DNA of 46,641 nt from Candidatus Hodarchaeota archaeon. GTDB lineage: Archaea; Asgardarchaeota; Heimdallarchaeia; Hodarchaeales; Hodarchaeaceae. Position 1 is the first letter of the stretch. Every line of letters starts with the position of its first letter. A program made the position numbers and the translations under genes. The notes below the pieces were generated by a model that saw only the letters and a program-made list of their open reading frames with translations, was not told the DNA's origin and searched no databases. Shown here piece by piece: positions 38,770-46,641 of the stretch. The stretch lies in NCBI GenBank assembly GCA_016839785.1, contig JAEOTQ010000045.1:1-46641 (forward strand). The letters are read 5' to 3'.

Positions 38770-39153
38770 TTACTCAATGCCCAATTTTTGACGTATTTTT
38801 TTGTTATCTTCATATACACGCCACTCTGCAACAAGACCATTGTCAATATATGCAGTCCATATTGCTGGCCCATCCAAAGGATCATACGAACATTCAGAAT
38901 GGCCTATCATCAGTACAAGATTATCATGTGATTCAACACGAGAGAAAATATTCATGTAGTCAGGATAAGAATCAAAAAATTTAGTCCATCCTTCCATCAT
39001 CTTTTCTCGGCCGATTGTAATTTTTCCTGGAATATCAATAAATTTATGGTCATCAGTCATCAAAGATACAAGTCCATCTATATCTTGTGCGTTTATTCGC
39101 TCATTAAATTTTAGTGCCACATATTTAGGATCAATCACTAATTCAACCCCCAT
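38770..39153 (-). CDS. SnoaL-like/NTF2 family protein
   Basis: FNERINAQDIDGL..LMTDD, GRE, NGLVAEWRVY. ATG 39153 preferred over GTG 39186. Confidence 0.82.
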   Translation of the reverse strand: MGVELVIDPKYVALKFNERINAQDIDGLVSLMTDDHKFIDIPGKITIGREKMMEGWTKFFDSYPDYMNIFSRVESHDNLVLMIGHSECSYDPLDGPAIWTAYIDNGLVAEWRVYEDNKKIRQKLGIE

Positions 39154-39160
39154 TATTATT

Positions 39161-39748
39161 CTAAATTTTCTGTTTTGATACACCACCGCGAGAGATAATT
39201 AAATCTCCTTCACCTAATTTGACATTTGCAAAGCGGCTAAAGACAAAGAGAAGATCTGAAAGACGATTGATATATCTTAGAATTTCTGGATTAACATCTT
39301 CTTGATTCATGAATCGGATTATATTCCTTTCTGCACGCCGACAAATGGTTCTAGACTGGTGTAAAAATGCAGCTGATTTAGTTCCACCTGGAATTACAAA
39401 ATTTTTTATAGGAGGAAGTTGATCAGTCAATTCATCTGCAATTTCCTCCAATTTGGTTACATCCTCTGAGCTAGTCCTTTTAATTGCTTTTACAAGTTCA
39501 TTTCTTTCCTCAAAATGTTGAATTGGAGTAGCTAATTCAGCTGCTATCATGAATAAATGTTGTTGAATCTTATGGATTCTGTCAGCAAAAATGGATTCAG
39601 AGAAAACTTTACTGATTCCCAAACTAGCAATTAACTCATCAACTGTCCCATAAGCCTCAATTCGTGGATCAATTTTATCAATACGTTCTCCTGTTAATAC
39701 TCCTGTTTTTCCTTTATCTCCTTTCCTTGTATAAATACTTCTAGACAT
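39161..39748 (-). CDS. pduO: ATP:cob(I)alamin adenosyltransferase, PduO type
   Basis: IYTRKGDKGKT, RIEAYGTVDEL, FVIPGG, RTICRRAER, YINRLSDLLF. Confidence 0.92.
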   Translation of the reverse strand: MSRSIYTRKGDKGKTGVLTGERIDKIDPRIEAYGTVDELIASLGISKVFSESIFADRIHKIQQHLFMIAAELATPIQHFEERNELVKAIKRTSSEDVTKLEEIADELTDQLPPIKNFVIPGGTKSAAFLHQSRTICRRAERNIIRFMNQEDVNPEILRYINRLSDLLFVFSRFANVKLGEGDLIISRGGVSKQKI

Positions 39749-39789
39749 TTCCTTTACCTCTTTTCTACAAATTTTCTCAATTCTTATCA

Positions 39790-40674
39790 TTAACCTAAGA
39801 ACTTTATAATGTGTTTGGCAATTTCTACTCCTTTTTCTTCTTGCAGAAAATGACCAGCATCTGATATCACAATCTCTGGATTATCCGCGGCAGTAGGAAT
39901 TAATTTTCTGAAAAATTTGTCTGCACCTCTTGTTATCGGATCCTTATCTGAAAACATAACTAATGCAGGCTTGGACCACGTTTTTAATTTTTCTCTCGCA
40001 TCTAGCATAATATTTGCTACAGGATTATCAGGTGAAATAGGAACGAGTAATGGCCATGCTCGTGCTCCTGCTTTGTATTTTTCATTAGGAAAAGGCGCTT
40101 CATATGCTTTTAAAACTTCAGGAGAAATTTTATCCCTATTAGCCAATCCTAATTCAATTACTATGCCAATAGGCAAATTAGGATTATTTTCAACAAATTC
40201 TCGCCATTGTAAAAAAGCATCATTCGGTTTAGATCTTCCTGATGGTAATCCTGTGTTCATTATTACTAGATTCGCGATCTTTTCTGGATTATTTGCTGCA
40301 TACGGAAGACCAATTAATCCTCCCCAATCTTGGACAACAAGAGTAATGTTATCTAAATTCAATTCGTCTACAAAATTTGATAGCGTTCCATAGTGCATCT
40401 CATAGGTATAGTCATCTACTAAAGTATATTTGTCTGATCTTCCAAATCCAACAAAATCGAAAGATATAAAGCGGAAATTAGCATTTGTAATAGGGCCTAT
40501 CATTTTTCGGTATAGATAAGAGTAAGTTGGCTCACCATGTAAACATAACACAACGTCTCCCTTTCCTTCATCAATGTAATGAATTCTTAAACCATTAATC
40601 GTGATATAGTGCTGTCTATAGTTAAATTCAGGTAAATTTTCAAAACGTTCATCTGGTGTACGAATTATGTTCAT
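39790..40674 (-). CDS. Haloalkane dehalogenase (HLD-I, DhlA/DhmA-like)
   Basis: RTPDERF, HGEPTYSYLYRKMI, QDWGG (Asp nucleophile + Trp), FLQWREF, DKDPIT, AGHFLQE. Confidence 0.9.
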   Translation of the reverse strand: MNIIRTPDERFENLPEFNYRQHYITINGLRIHYIDEGKGDVVLCLHGEPTYSYLYRKMIGPITNANFRFISFDFVGFGRSDKYTLVDDYTYEMHYGTLSNFVDELNLDNITLVVQDWGGLIGLPYAANNPEKIANLVIMNTGLPSGRSKPNDAFLQWREFVENNPNLPIGIVIELGLANRDKISPEVLKAYEAPFPNEKYKAGARAWPLLVPISPDNPVANIMLDAREKLKTWSKPALVMFSDKDPITRGADKFFRKLIPTAADNPEIVISDAGHFLQEEKGVEIAKHIIKFLG

Positions 40675-40765
40675 ATTTATTCCTTCTGAGATTCATTTCT
40701 TCATTTTAAACGATTATATCTCTTTATCAATTTACCTATGCATACGAAGAACTTAAGAAGTTTGA

Positions 40766-40781
40766 TACTTTGCACAAAGTA
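40766..40781. promoter_or_regulatory. Palindromic operator candidate TACTTTG-CA-CAAAGTA
   Basis: Perfect 7-bp inverted repeat in the divergent promoter, upstream of a membrane protein + wHTH regulator pair. Confidence 0.55.
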
Positions 40782-40845
40782 CTTCCTTCATACAAAGCTT
40801 TTTAATGATATTAAAGCTTTAACGTAATTAGCAATTTAATTTACA

Positions 40846-41490
40846 TTGGTGAAATTGTTGAACGATAAAATTAATTTAAAAGAACTAGAACAAAAGACAT
40901 ACAACGAATTCTTGATTGATGGAATCCCTGAACTCTTTATGGGGCTGATTCTGGTATTCATGCCCTTTTTTCTTTTAAATCCGATATTCGTTGCATTTAT
41001 GGTTTTTTACCTATTTTTAGGTCCTCATATTTTTGAGTATATACGGCAGCGCACAACATATCCTCGTATTGGAAGAGTGGAGTTTAGAGAAGACGAATCA
41101 AGGGAGAATTACTCAGTTAAAAGAGCCGCACTTGAATTCCTCATTTTCTTATCCGTTGTAATTCTAGTGACATTTACAGTCATGTTCATCTTTGAAGGAA
41201 CAATTCTTGAGATTTCATTATGGTATTCATGGGTTCCTTTCACTTTTGGCCTGATAATGTTTGGTCCAAGTGCGTTCCTCGTGGAAAAGACAGGTAGAAG
41301 ATATTACTATGTTTTCTGGTTATTTTCCTCTTTCTTAGGATTTGCAATTTCATTGCTCAACTTCCCAGATATTTGGGATGGAATGTTCCTCTATTTCTTT
41401 ATGCTTGGAATTTTAGTAATGATTCTAGGAATTATGAAGTATTTCTGGTTTATCCGGAATTACCCAATAATTGAACTTGAGGAGGAGTAG
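40846..41490 (+). CDS. Hypothetical membrane protein (about 6 TM) paired with a wHTH regulator
   Basis: DGIPEL...TYPRIG pattern and TM helices; 2 bp before the regulator. Confidence 0.75.
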   Translation: MVKLLNDKINLKELEQKTYNEFLIDGIPELFMGLILVFMPFFLLNPIFVAFMVFYLFLGPHIFEYIRQRTTYPRIGRVEFREDESRENYSVKRAALEFLIFLSVVILVTFTVMFIFEGTILEISLWYSWVPFTFGLIMFGPSAFLVEKTGRRYYYVFWLFSSFLGFAISLLNFPDIWDGMFLYFFMLGILVMILGIMKYFWFIRNYPIIELEEE

Positions 41491-41492
41491 CT

Positions 41493-41813
41493 ATGAAGAA
41501 ACCTCTGGAGAATTCAGACGAAAATCAATTCAAAACTGACATAGATAAGATAATTCATGTCCCCTCACGGCTTATTATTTTATCCTACTTATATGTCGTC
41601 AAAAACGCAGATCTTATCTTTTTCAAGAGAAAAACCAATCTCTCATGGGGTAACCTATCTACACATGCATCTAAATTAGAAGAGGTGGGATATATTACGA
41701 TAAGTAAAACTTTTCGAGAAAAAAAGCCTGTGACAATTTTGGAAATTACTCAAGGAGGCATTCAGGCCTTTGAAAAGTATAAAAGTATTATGCAAGGATT
41801 TCTGGGAGAATGA
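41493..41813 (+). CDS. Winged-helix transcriptional regulator (HTH_34, ArsR/MarR-like)
   Basis: DKIIHVPSRLIILSYL, LSWGNLSTHASKLEEVGYI, KTFREKKPVT, ITQGG. Confidence 0.88.
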   Translation: MKKPLENSDENQFKTDIDKIIHVPSRLIILSYLYVVKNADLIFFKRKTNLSWGNLSTHASKLEEVGYITISKTFREKKPVTILEITQGGIQAFEKYKSIMQGFLGE

Positions 41814-41833
41814 ATTTGAATTTCTCTCTTTGC

Positions 41834-42592
41834 TTAATAAAAGCCCTCGATGAAGGCACGTACATTCTTACCCAATACATGATGATTATATCCCCCTTCA
41901 AGACATGCGAATCGTCTATTTCCTCCATGATCCTCACTATATAACTTTAGTATTGACCCAATTGATTGATAGTCTTTAGTAGATAGTAGCTTTCCCCAAT
42001 CATCTTCATGTCTGTCAAAACCAGCAGATACAGCTAAAAAGTCCACGGTTCCATGTTGAGCGAGAAAGTCAATTAAATTTGATGTAAACTCATTCGGGGT
42101 ATTTCCTTCACAGGCATAATAAGTGACCAAAGGATCATTTCTAAAGGTATTGTTGGATCCATCACCAAAATGAAGGTCAAAATCGACTATCAACGCATTC
42201 TGGATCTTCTTGTGTATACAATACGACCGAACTGCAATTGCTATATTATTGAAATAACAAAATCCCCAGTAGCCGTCAGGTGAGGCATGATGTCCTGGAG
42301 GTCGAATTGCAGCAAACATTGGTTGTTGATTGTAGGCATATTCTGCAGCCAAAAGAACCCCTCCTACTGCTAACAATGCACTTTGATATACCTCATCATA
42401 ATCATTTTGTACACGAGTCACATGATCATCCGTATGCACAAGTAAAACGTCTTCTACGGTAGCAGGTAAGGGAGTAATAACGGTAAAATCTGATAATTCG
42501 TCCATTATTGCTTCCATTCTCCCAGGTTTTGCTGCAGGATCAAACGTATACTCCAAATAGTAATCCTCGTGAAAAATGACTTGTTTAGACAT
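41834..42592 (-). CDS. Histone deacetylase superfamily protein (compact form)
   Basis: RPPGHHA, GFCYFNNIA, DFDLHFGDG, SAGFD, LEGGY. ATG 42592 preferred over 42664. Confidence 0.9.
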   Translation of the reverse strand: MSKQVIFHEDYYLEYTFDPAAKPGRMEAIMDELSDFTVITPLPATVEDVLLVHTDDHVTRVQNDYDEVYQSALLAVGGVLLAAEYAYNQQPMFAAIRPPGHHASPDGYWGFCYFNNIAIAVRSYCIHKKIQNALIVDFDLHFGDGSNNTFRNDPLVTYYACEGNTPNEFTSNLIDFLAQHGTVDFLAVSAGFDRHEDDWGKLLSTKDYQSIGSILKLYSEDHGGNRRFACLEGGYNHHVLGKNVRAFIEGFY

Positions 42593-42636
42593 ATTTTTTC
42601 TTCCTCTAAGTGTTAATTTACCTGAATTTGGAGTTA

Positions 42637-44982
42637 TCATGAGATTGGTTTTCCTAGACGCCATTCAACCTCAAATTTAATTGATTCCTTAATTTGATCA
42701 AGAATATGAGGAGCTAATCCTAGGTATTCAATACAAATTAGCTGATCCATTTTCCTTTGGATCAATGAATATTTAGTCTTTTCTCCAAATCGGGGGATTG
42801 GAAGTTCGATTAGTTGATCCAAAAGTTTTCTTAGTCTGCGTAAAATATTTTTTGGAACTAGTCTTGGATCAAGGGTGAGTAGATTTCGACATTCCCGCAA
42901 AGATAACTTCAAGGAACCTAATCCTAATGTTCTTGTCCCTTGAATCTCACGTAACAAGATTCCTAGAGATGAATTCATGAATCCTACAAGAAAATCATTC
43001 CAATCAGGATTATCCGGCCAAAATCCGATCCATTGTTTATCTATATGGAATTTCTGTTTATTGTATGCAACAAACGACCGCAAATACGTCATATTTGGAA
43101 TTATTAAAACTGGTTGAATTTTAGTAATTTGATACCAAGTCTTCTTACTTTTGTTACGAAAATAGGGTCGGGAGAGAAGCTCATCTTCATATGTACTTAG
43201 ATAATGTTGTAAATTCTGGTCTAATTCAAGAATAGGACCAGATGGAATATATAGTAAGGATAGAGGGTTTTTAGGGGAAGCGGTACTTAAGCTAATATTG
43301 TCTTTTGGTGACTTTGTCATGGGTACTAAGTAGTTTTGAGAAATATCATAATGACGGATTTTCTCTTCTGTCAAATAAAAAAATCTGTTTGCTCCAGTTG
43401 TAGAGCCTAATCTGAGATTCCCTAACTGATTTAAGAGACAAAATTTATCTTTATTAGCCAGAAGAATCTTATGTAGTAAGAAAGGTGCCATATTGAAGTA
43501 GTCTATTCTCAAAATGGGAAATTCATTGATAAGTTCTTGTGAGAAAAACATGTGGGGATTCGAGATCTGACTGATTCGATAAACATCACTTTCAGCAGAT
43601 TTAATAGTAACATTGGGTATGAGAGTTGAACATTGCATTTCCGCGGGTTTTAAATACTCAGATAATGGATCGATGTTTTCTAATAAGTTAGATAATTCTC
43701 CTTTCCAAACTAATAGATTAGTATACTGTTCATCATCAAATTTTTCTATTTTATGACCAATAATTATGTTAGTAATGATTTCTGCTGTTTCCCAAGGTTC
43801 TGAAGGGAGTTCTAGGATAAGGTCAATATTGAAATATTTGTCAAACAGAAGAAAGTTTATTGGAGCTAAAAACCGGGAAGAATACCAAGATCGTGATAAC
43901 ACTAGTCCAAGTACTCCGTTGGAGGTAAGTTTAAGCATAAGCTTCATCCAAAAATAAAAATAAAGATCTGCTTTGGAATCAATTTGATGGTTATTCTCTA
44001 GAAAAACTGATTGATATTCAGGTGAAGCCAAGAGTTTTTCAATAATTTTCCTCTTATCAATGTCATGATGACGGATATAAGGGGGATTTCCTACGCACAA
44101 GTCATATTTTATATTTGCTACGTCATCTTCGAGTAAAAAATTTGTCTCTTTTATATTTGATAGTGATGCCAAGAATTTTTCCATATCTGAAATTGACGTT
44201 GATTCATTTGGTACAATATTTGTTATCCAATGATGAAGAAAAACTAATTTTGTCAAGATAATATGATCAGAATCAATATCATAACCGTAAATATTTTGAC
44301 AGAAGTTTTCAAAAATCATCTTGTATTCGTTAATGGAGATTCGATTCTGTACCTGTGAGATTATATGGGTAAAAGAATTGATTATCTCGTGTAAAAAGAG
44401 TCCTGTTCCGCAACTTGGATCGATTACAGACATAGAAGATAATTTATCTATAAGGAAATTAAGAACATCTTCATTCGAGTTTGAAAAATTGTGTCGAAAA
44501 AGAATTTGATGGATAATTGAATGATTGGCCACAGAATCAATTTTGAGAATCAAGTACTGATACAGGCTATAATAACAGATGAACTGGACCTGATCTGGGG
44601 GAGTAAAGTATAATCCAGTAGTCTTTTTCTTACGAGTTTGTGTTAAAGATTCAAAAATATGAGATAATTTATAGATATCAATACCTTCTCTAATCACCTC
44701 ATATATTGCTTTCCACCACCAATTGGTGGTTTCTAACAGTTTTATAACATGATCAATCTGCTTATTATTAAAAGATTTAAGGATAAATCTAATTTTGGGA
44801 AGATTTTTGTCATTAGATAAAGATTGTAAGAAATTACTTCTATCAGTTACGTTGGGTACCTCTGAAATTGGAAAAACATAATAATATGTGAAGATACATT
44901 TGAAAAACGGAAGTAAATCTGATTGTTCCATAGATTCTTTTTCTAAACGCTTCAAAAAGTCCTGAAGTAAAGACGTCATCAA
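42637..44982 (-). CDS. Eco57I-like amino-DNA methyltransferase with TRD
   Basis: KKTTGLYFTP, VIDPSCGTGLF, IYGYDID, VGNPPYIRH, ADLYFYF, GSTTGANRFFYL, FMNSS. Confidence 0.88.
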   Translation of the reverse strand: MMTSLLQDFLKRLEKESMEQSDLLPFFKCIFTYYYVFPISEVPNVTDRSNFLQSLSNDKNLPKIRFILKSFNNKQIDHVIKLLETTNWWWKAIYEVIREGIDIYKLSHIFESLTQTRKKKTTGLYFTPPDQVQFICYYSLYQYLILKIDSVANHSIIHQILFRHNFSNSNEDVLNFLIDKLSSMSVIDPSCGTGLFLHEIINSFTHIISQVQNRISINEYKMIFENFCQNIYGYDIDSDHIILTKLVFLHHWITNIVPNESTSISDMEKFLASLSNIKETNFLLEDDVANIKYDLCVGNPPYIRHHDIDKRKIIEKLLASPEYQSVFLENNHQIDSKADLYFYFWMKLMLKLTSNGVLGLVLSRSWYSSRFLAPINFLLFDKYFNIDLILELPSEPWETAEIITNIIIGHKIEKFDDEQYTNLLVWKGELSNLLENIDPLSEYLKPAEMQCSTLIPNVTIKSAESDVYRISQISNPHMFFSQELINEFPILRIDYFNMAPFLLHKILLANKDKFCLLNQLGNLRLGSTTGANRFFYLTEEKIRHYDISQNYLVPMTKSPKDNISLSTASPKNPLSLLYIPSGPILELDQNLQHYLSTYEDELLSRPYFRNKSKKTWYQITKIQPVLIIPNMTYLRSFVAYNKQKFHIDKQWIGFWPDNPDWNDFLVGFMNSSLGILLREIQGTRTLGLGSLKLSLRECRNLLTLDPRLVPKNILRRLRKLLDQLIELPIPRFGEKTKYSLIQRKMDQLICIEYLGLAPHILDQIKESIKFEVEWRLGKPIS

Positions 44983-45159
44983 TCTACCCTTATATTGCTA
45001 TATTGAGGTTCAAACGATTTTAATCTCATACAAACGATGAGTCGTATTCATTGATTTAGCCACATATTTTATTCTCTTTTTAACTTAAGATCGATATCGA
45101 TTTCATTCCTCTCACTCTGAAGAAAGGATAAATATCTCGTTTAACTGATACTATATGTC

Positions 45160-45798
45160 TTGAAATCAATGACAAAAATAAAAAAAATTCAGATAATAAA
45201 TGAAATTAGAATTTCAGCCATCATTCCAATTTCTGAAGTCAACGGACCTGGTCCACATTATACAATATGGGTTCAAGGGTGCAGTTTGAACTGTAAAGGC
45301 TGTTTCAACCCTCTAACTCATGACCGTGAATTAGGAAAAGTAGAGAAGATATCAGATATAGTTCAGGACATTAAGAAACTATGGTTGGAAAAAAAACTAA
45401 CCGGGATAACGATAACAGGAGGAGAACCTTTTCAACAAATCGACCAAATAATCATTTTAACTAAGCAGATCAAGGCACAAACTGATCTAGGTATTATAAT
45501 TTTAACTGGTTACAGTCCACGAGAACTTGAACAGTTCCTAAATATACAATCACTCACTAAAAATGTCGATTTAATTATTGCAGGTCGATTTCGAAAGGAA
45601 ATGAAGATTCAATCAGGATTAAAGGGTTCTAGCAATAAAAAGTACATATTCACTACTGATTTCTATAAGAAATTTGATTTAGAAAACATTCCACAAATGG
45701 AAGTGTTTGCAAACGAACTTGGTGAAATAATAGTAACTGGAATTGAACCAGGACCTGTCCTTGAATCGATAGCTCCGGAATTCCCCTCTGAACAATGA
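45160..45798 (+). CDS. Radical SAM 4Fe-4S protein, NrdG (anaerobic RNR activase)-like
   Basis: SEVNGPG, WVQGCSLNCKGCFNP (CxxxCxxC), TGGEPFQQ, LTGY, GSSN. Confidence 0.85.
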   Translation: MKSMTKIKKIQIINEIRISAIIPISEVNGPGPHYTIWVQGCSLNCKGCFNPLTHDRELGKVEKISDIVQDIKKLWLEKKLTGITITGGEPFQQIDQIIILTKQIKAQTDLGIIILTGYSPRELEQFLNIQSLTKNVDLIIAGRFRKEMKIQSGLKGSSNKKYIFTTDFYKKFDLENIPQMEVFANELGEIIVTGIEPGPVLESIAPEFPSEQ

Positions 45799-45809
45799 TT
45801 CCTCACAGG

Positions 45810-46641
45810 TTAGGACTTATCGACATTTAAAACAAATTGAATCGCAATTTCGGTAACTTTCGCAATCTTTCCCCCATCGAGTTTATCTGCAGTGTCTTCT
45901 AAAGTATGCCAATGAGGAGGTGTTCCTTCCTTTGCTAATCCGAAGATTGTCGTAGCATGTAATCCCTTTCTTGAGAAATTAGCAGCGTCACTACCAGCAA
46001 AAGGTAGGGGGCCAATTCTTATAGGAACTCCAACCTGATCAGCAGCGACAGATACGTAATCAACGACTTTTTGCGAATGTTTTGCTAAAAACATTGGTTC
46101 TTGTGTCGCTAACAAATATTCATCCGCACTAAGTGTTTCTAAATTAAATAACATTCCATCACGAGTGAGAAGTTCTTCTTTGTGGTGAGATACAAATCGT
46201 TTAGAACCTCTCATGTGCTCTTCTCCTGCAAAGCTCACCAGCCAAATTTCCGTTTCTTCTGGCTTAAATTTTGCTAAGTGTCGCCCACATTCAATAATTG
46301 CACCAACGGCAGTTAGATTGTCATTTGCTCCCATCACTATCTTGTTTGACCTAAGAAAGAGAGTGATAATTGTAACGAATACTATTCCCAGAAATGAGAA
46401 CGTAATTTGGATTGGATCTAAGATCAGAAATAACTCCTGGTTTGGAGCAAACGCTTTTAGCAGACTTATTATAATATTAATAAGCACAATTACTACTGTA
46501 AATACAATAAGATAAGCTGATTTTTCTCCTAATTTCCCAAAGAGAGGAAACTCGTATGCCGAATCGTGATGACCTGAAAGTAAAACTAGTTTCTTAGGGG
46601 GGTTTTTTGGTTTAATTTTCCCCACAACATGGAAGGTTGAT
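45810..46641 (-). CDS. M28 family Zn-peptidase with inserted TM hairpin (5' truncated by the window edge)
   Basis: GHHDS, GANDN, GEE, NLE, SDAANF, HWHTLEDT. Frame stays open to the window end. Confidence 0.85.
   Translation of the reverse strand, partial: STFHVVGKIKPKNPPKKLVLLSGHHDSAYEFPLFGKLGEKSAYLIVFTVVIVLINIIISLLKAFAPNQELFLILDPIQITFSFLGIVFVTIITLFLRSNKIVMGANDNLTAVGAIIECGRHLAKFKPEETEIWLVSFAGEEHMRGSKRFVSHHKEELLTRDGMLFNLETLSADEYLLATQEPMFLAKHSQKVVDYVSVAADQVGVPIRIGPLPFAGSDAANFSRKGLHATTIFGLAKEGTPPHWHTLEDTADKLDGGKIAKVTEIAIQFVLNVDKS

Noticed and set aside
16454-41490. Genome-wide reassignment of TAG to a sense codon
   Set aside because: Four genes end in TAG at natural C-termini (e.g. RKRKK*, RRKDFP*), so the 8129 case is local.
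29195-44982. Provirus or integrative element carrying the MTases
   Set aside because: No integrase, transposase, capsid gene, att repeat or tRNA target seen, and ordinary metabolic genes are interspersed.

Overview
AT-rich, gene-dense archaeal chromosome segment with about 42 genes. I found no rRNA, tRNA, CRISPR array or transposase. An Asgard-type profilin, a probable tandem-longin protein, an F420-dependent reductase and C-terminally anchored surface proteins point to an Asgard archaeon, probably Heimdallarchaeia/Hodarchaeales (inference). Most genes are housekeeping or accessory: DUF58, MTA/SAH deaminase, PadR-HAAS pair, Cache-PAS histidine kinase, ABC exporter, aminotransferase, PMM/PGM, PduO, haloalkane dehalogenase, HDAC-family and M28 peptidase. 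The most striking locus is 29195-37256. There, a bacterial/eukaryotic-type (class II) CCA-adding enzyme carries a C-terminal P-loop kinase domain that appears circularly permuted, with Walker A as its last motif. It heads a tightly coupled operon with two TaqI/Eco57I-like amino-methyltransferases, one with NPPH instead of NPPY. A third MTase is divergent and a fourth lies about 5.4 kb further on, upstream of an HDAC gene. No restriction nuclease is recognisable. Other notable items are an in-frame TAG splitting a coiled-coil gene (7814-8365), a zinc-ribbon pseudo-M50 membrane protein, an output-less REC-5xPAS protein and an unannotated 55-aa ORF. All family calls come from reading motifs by eye; no searches were run.
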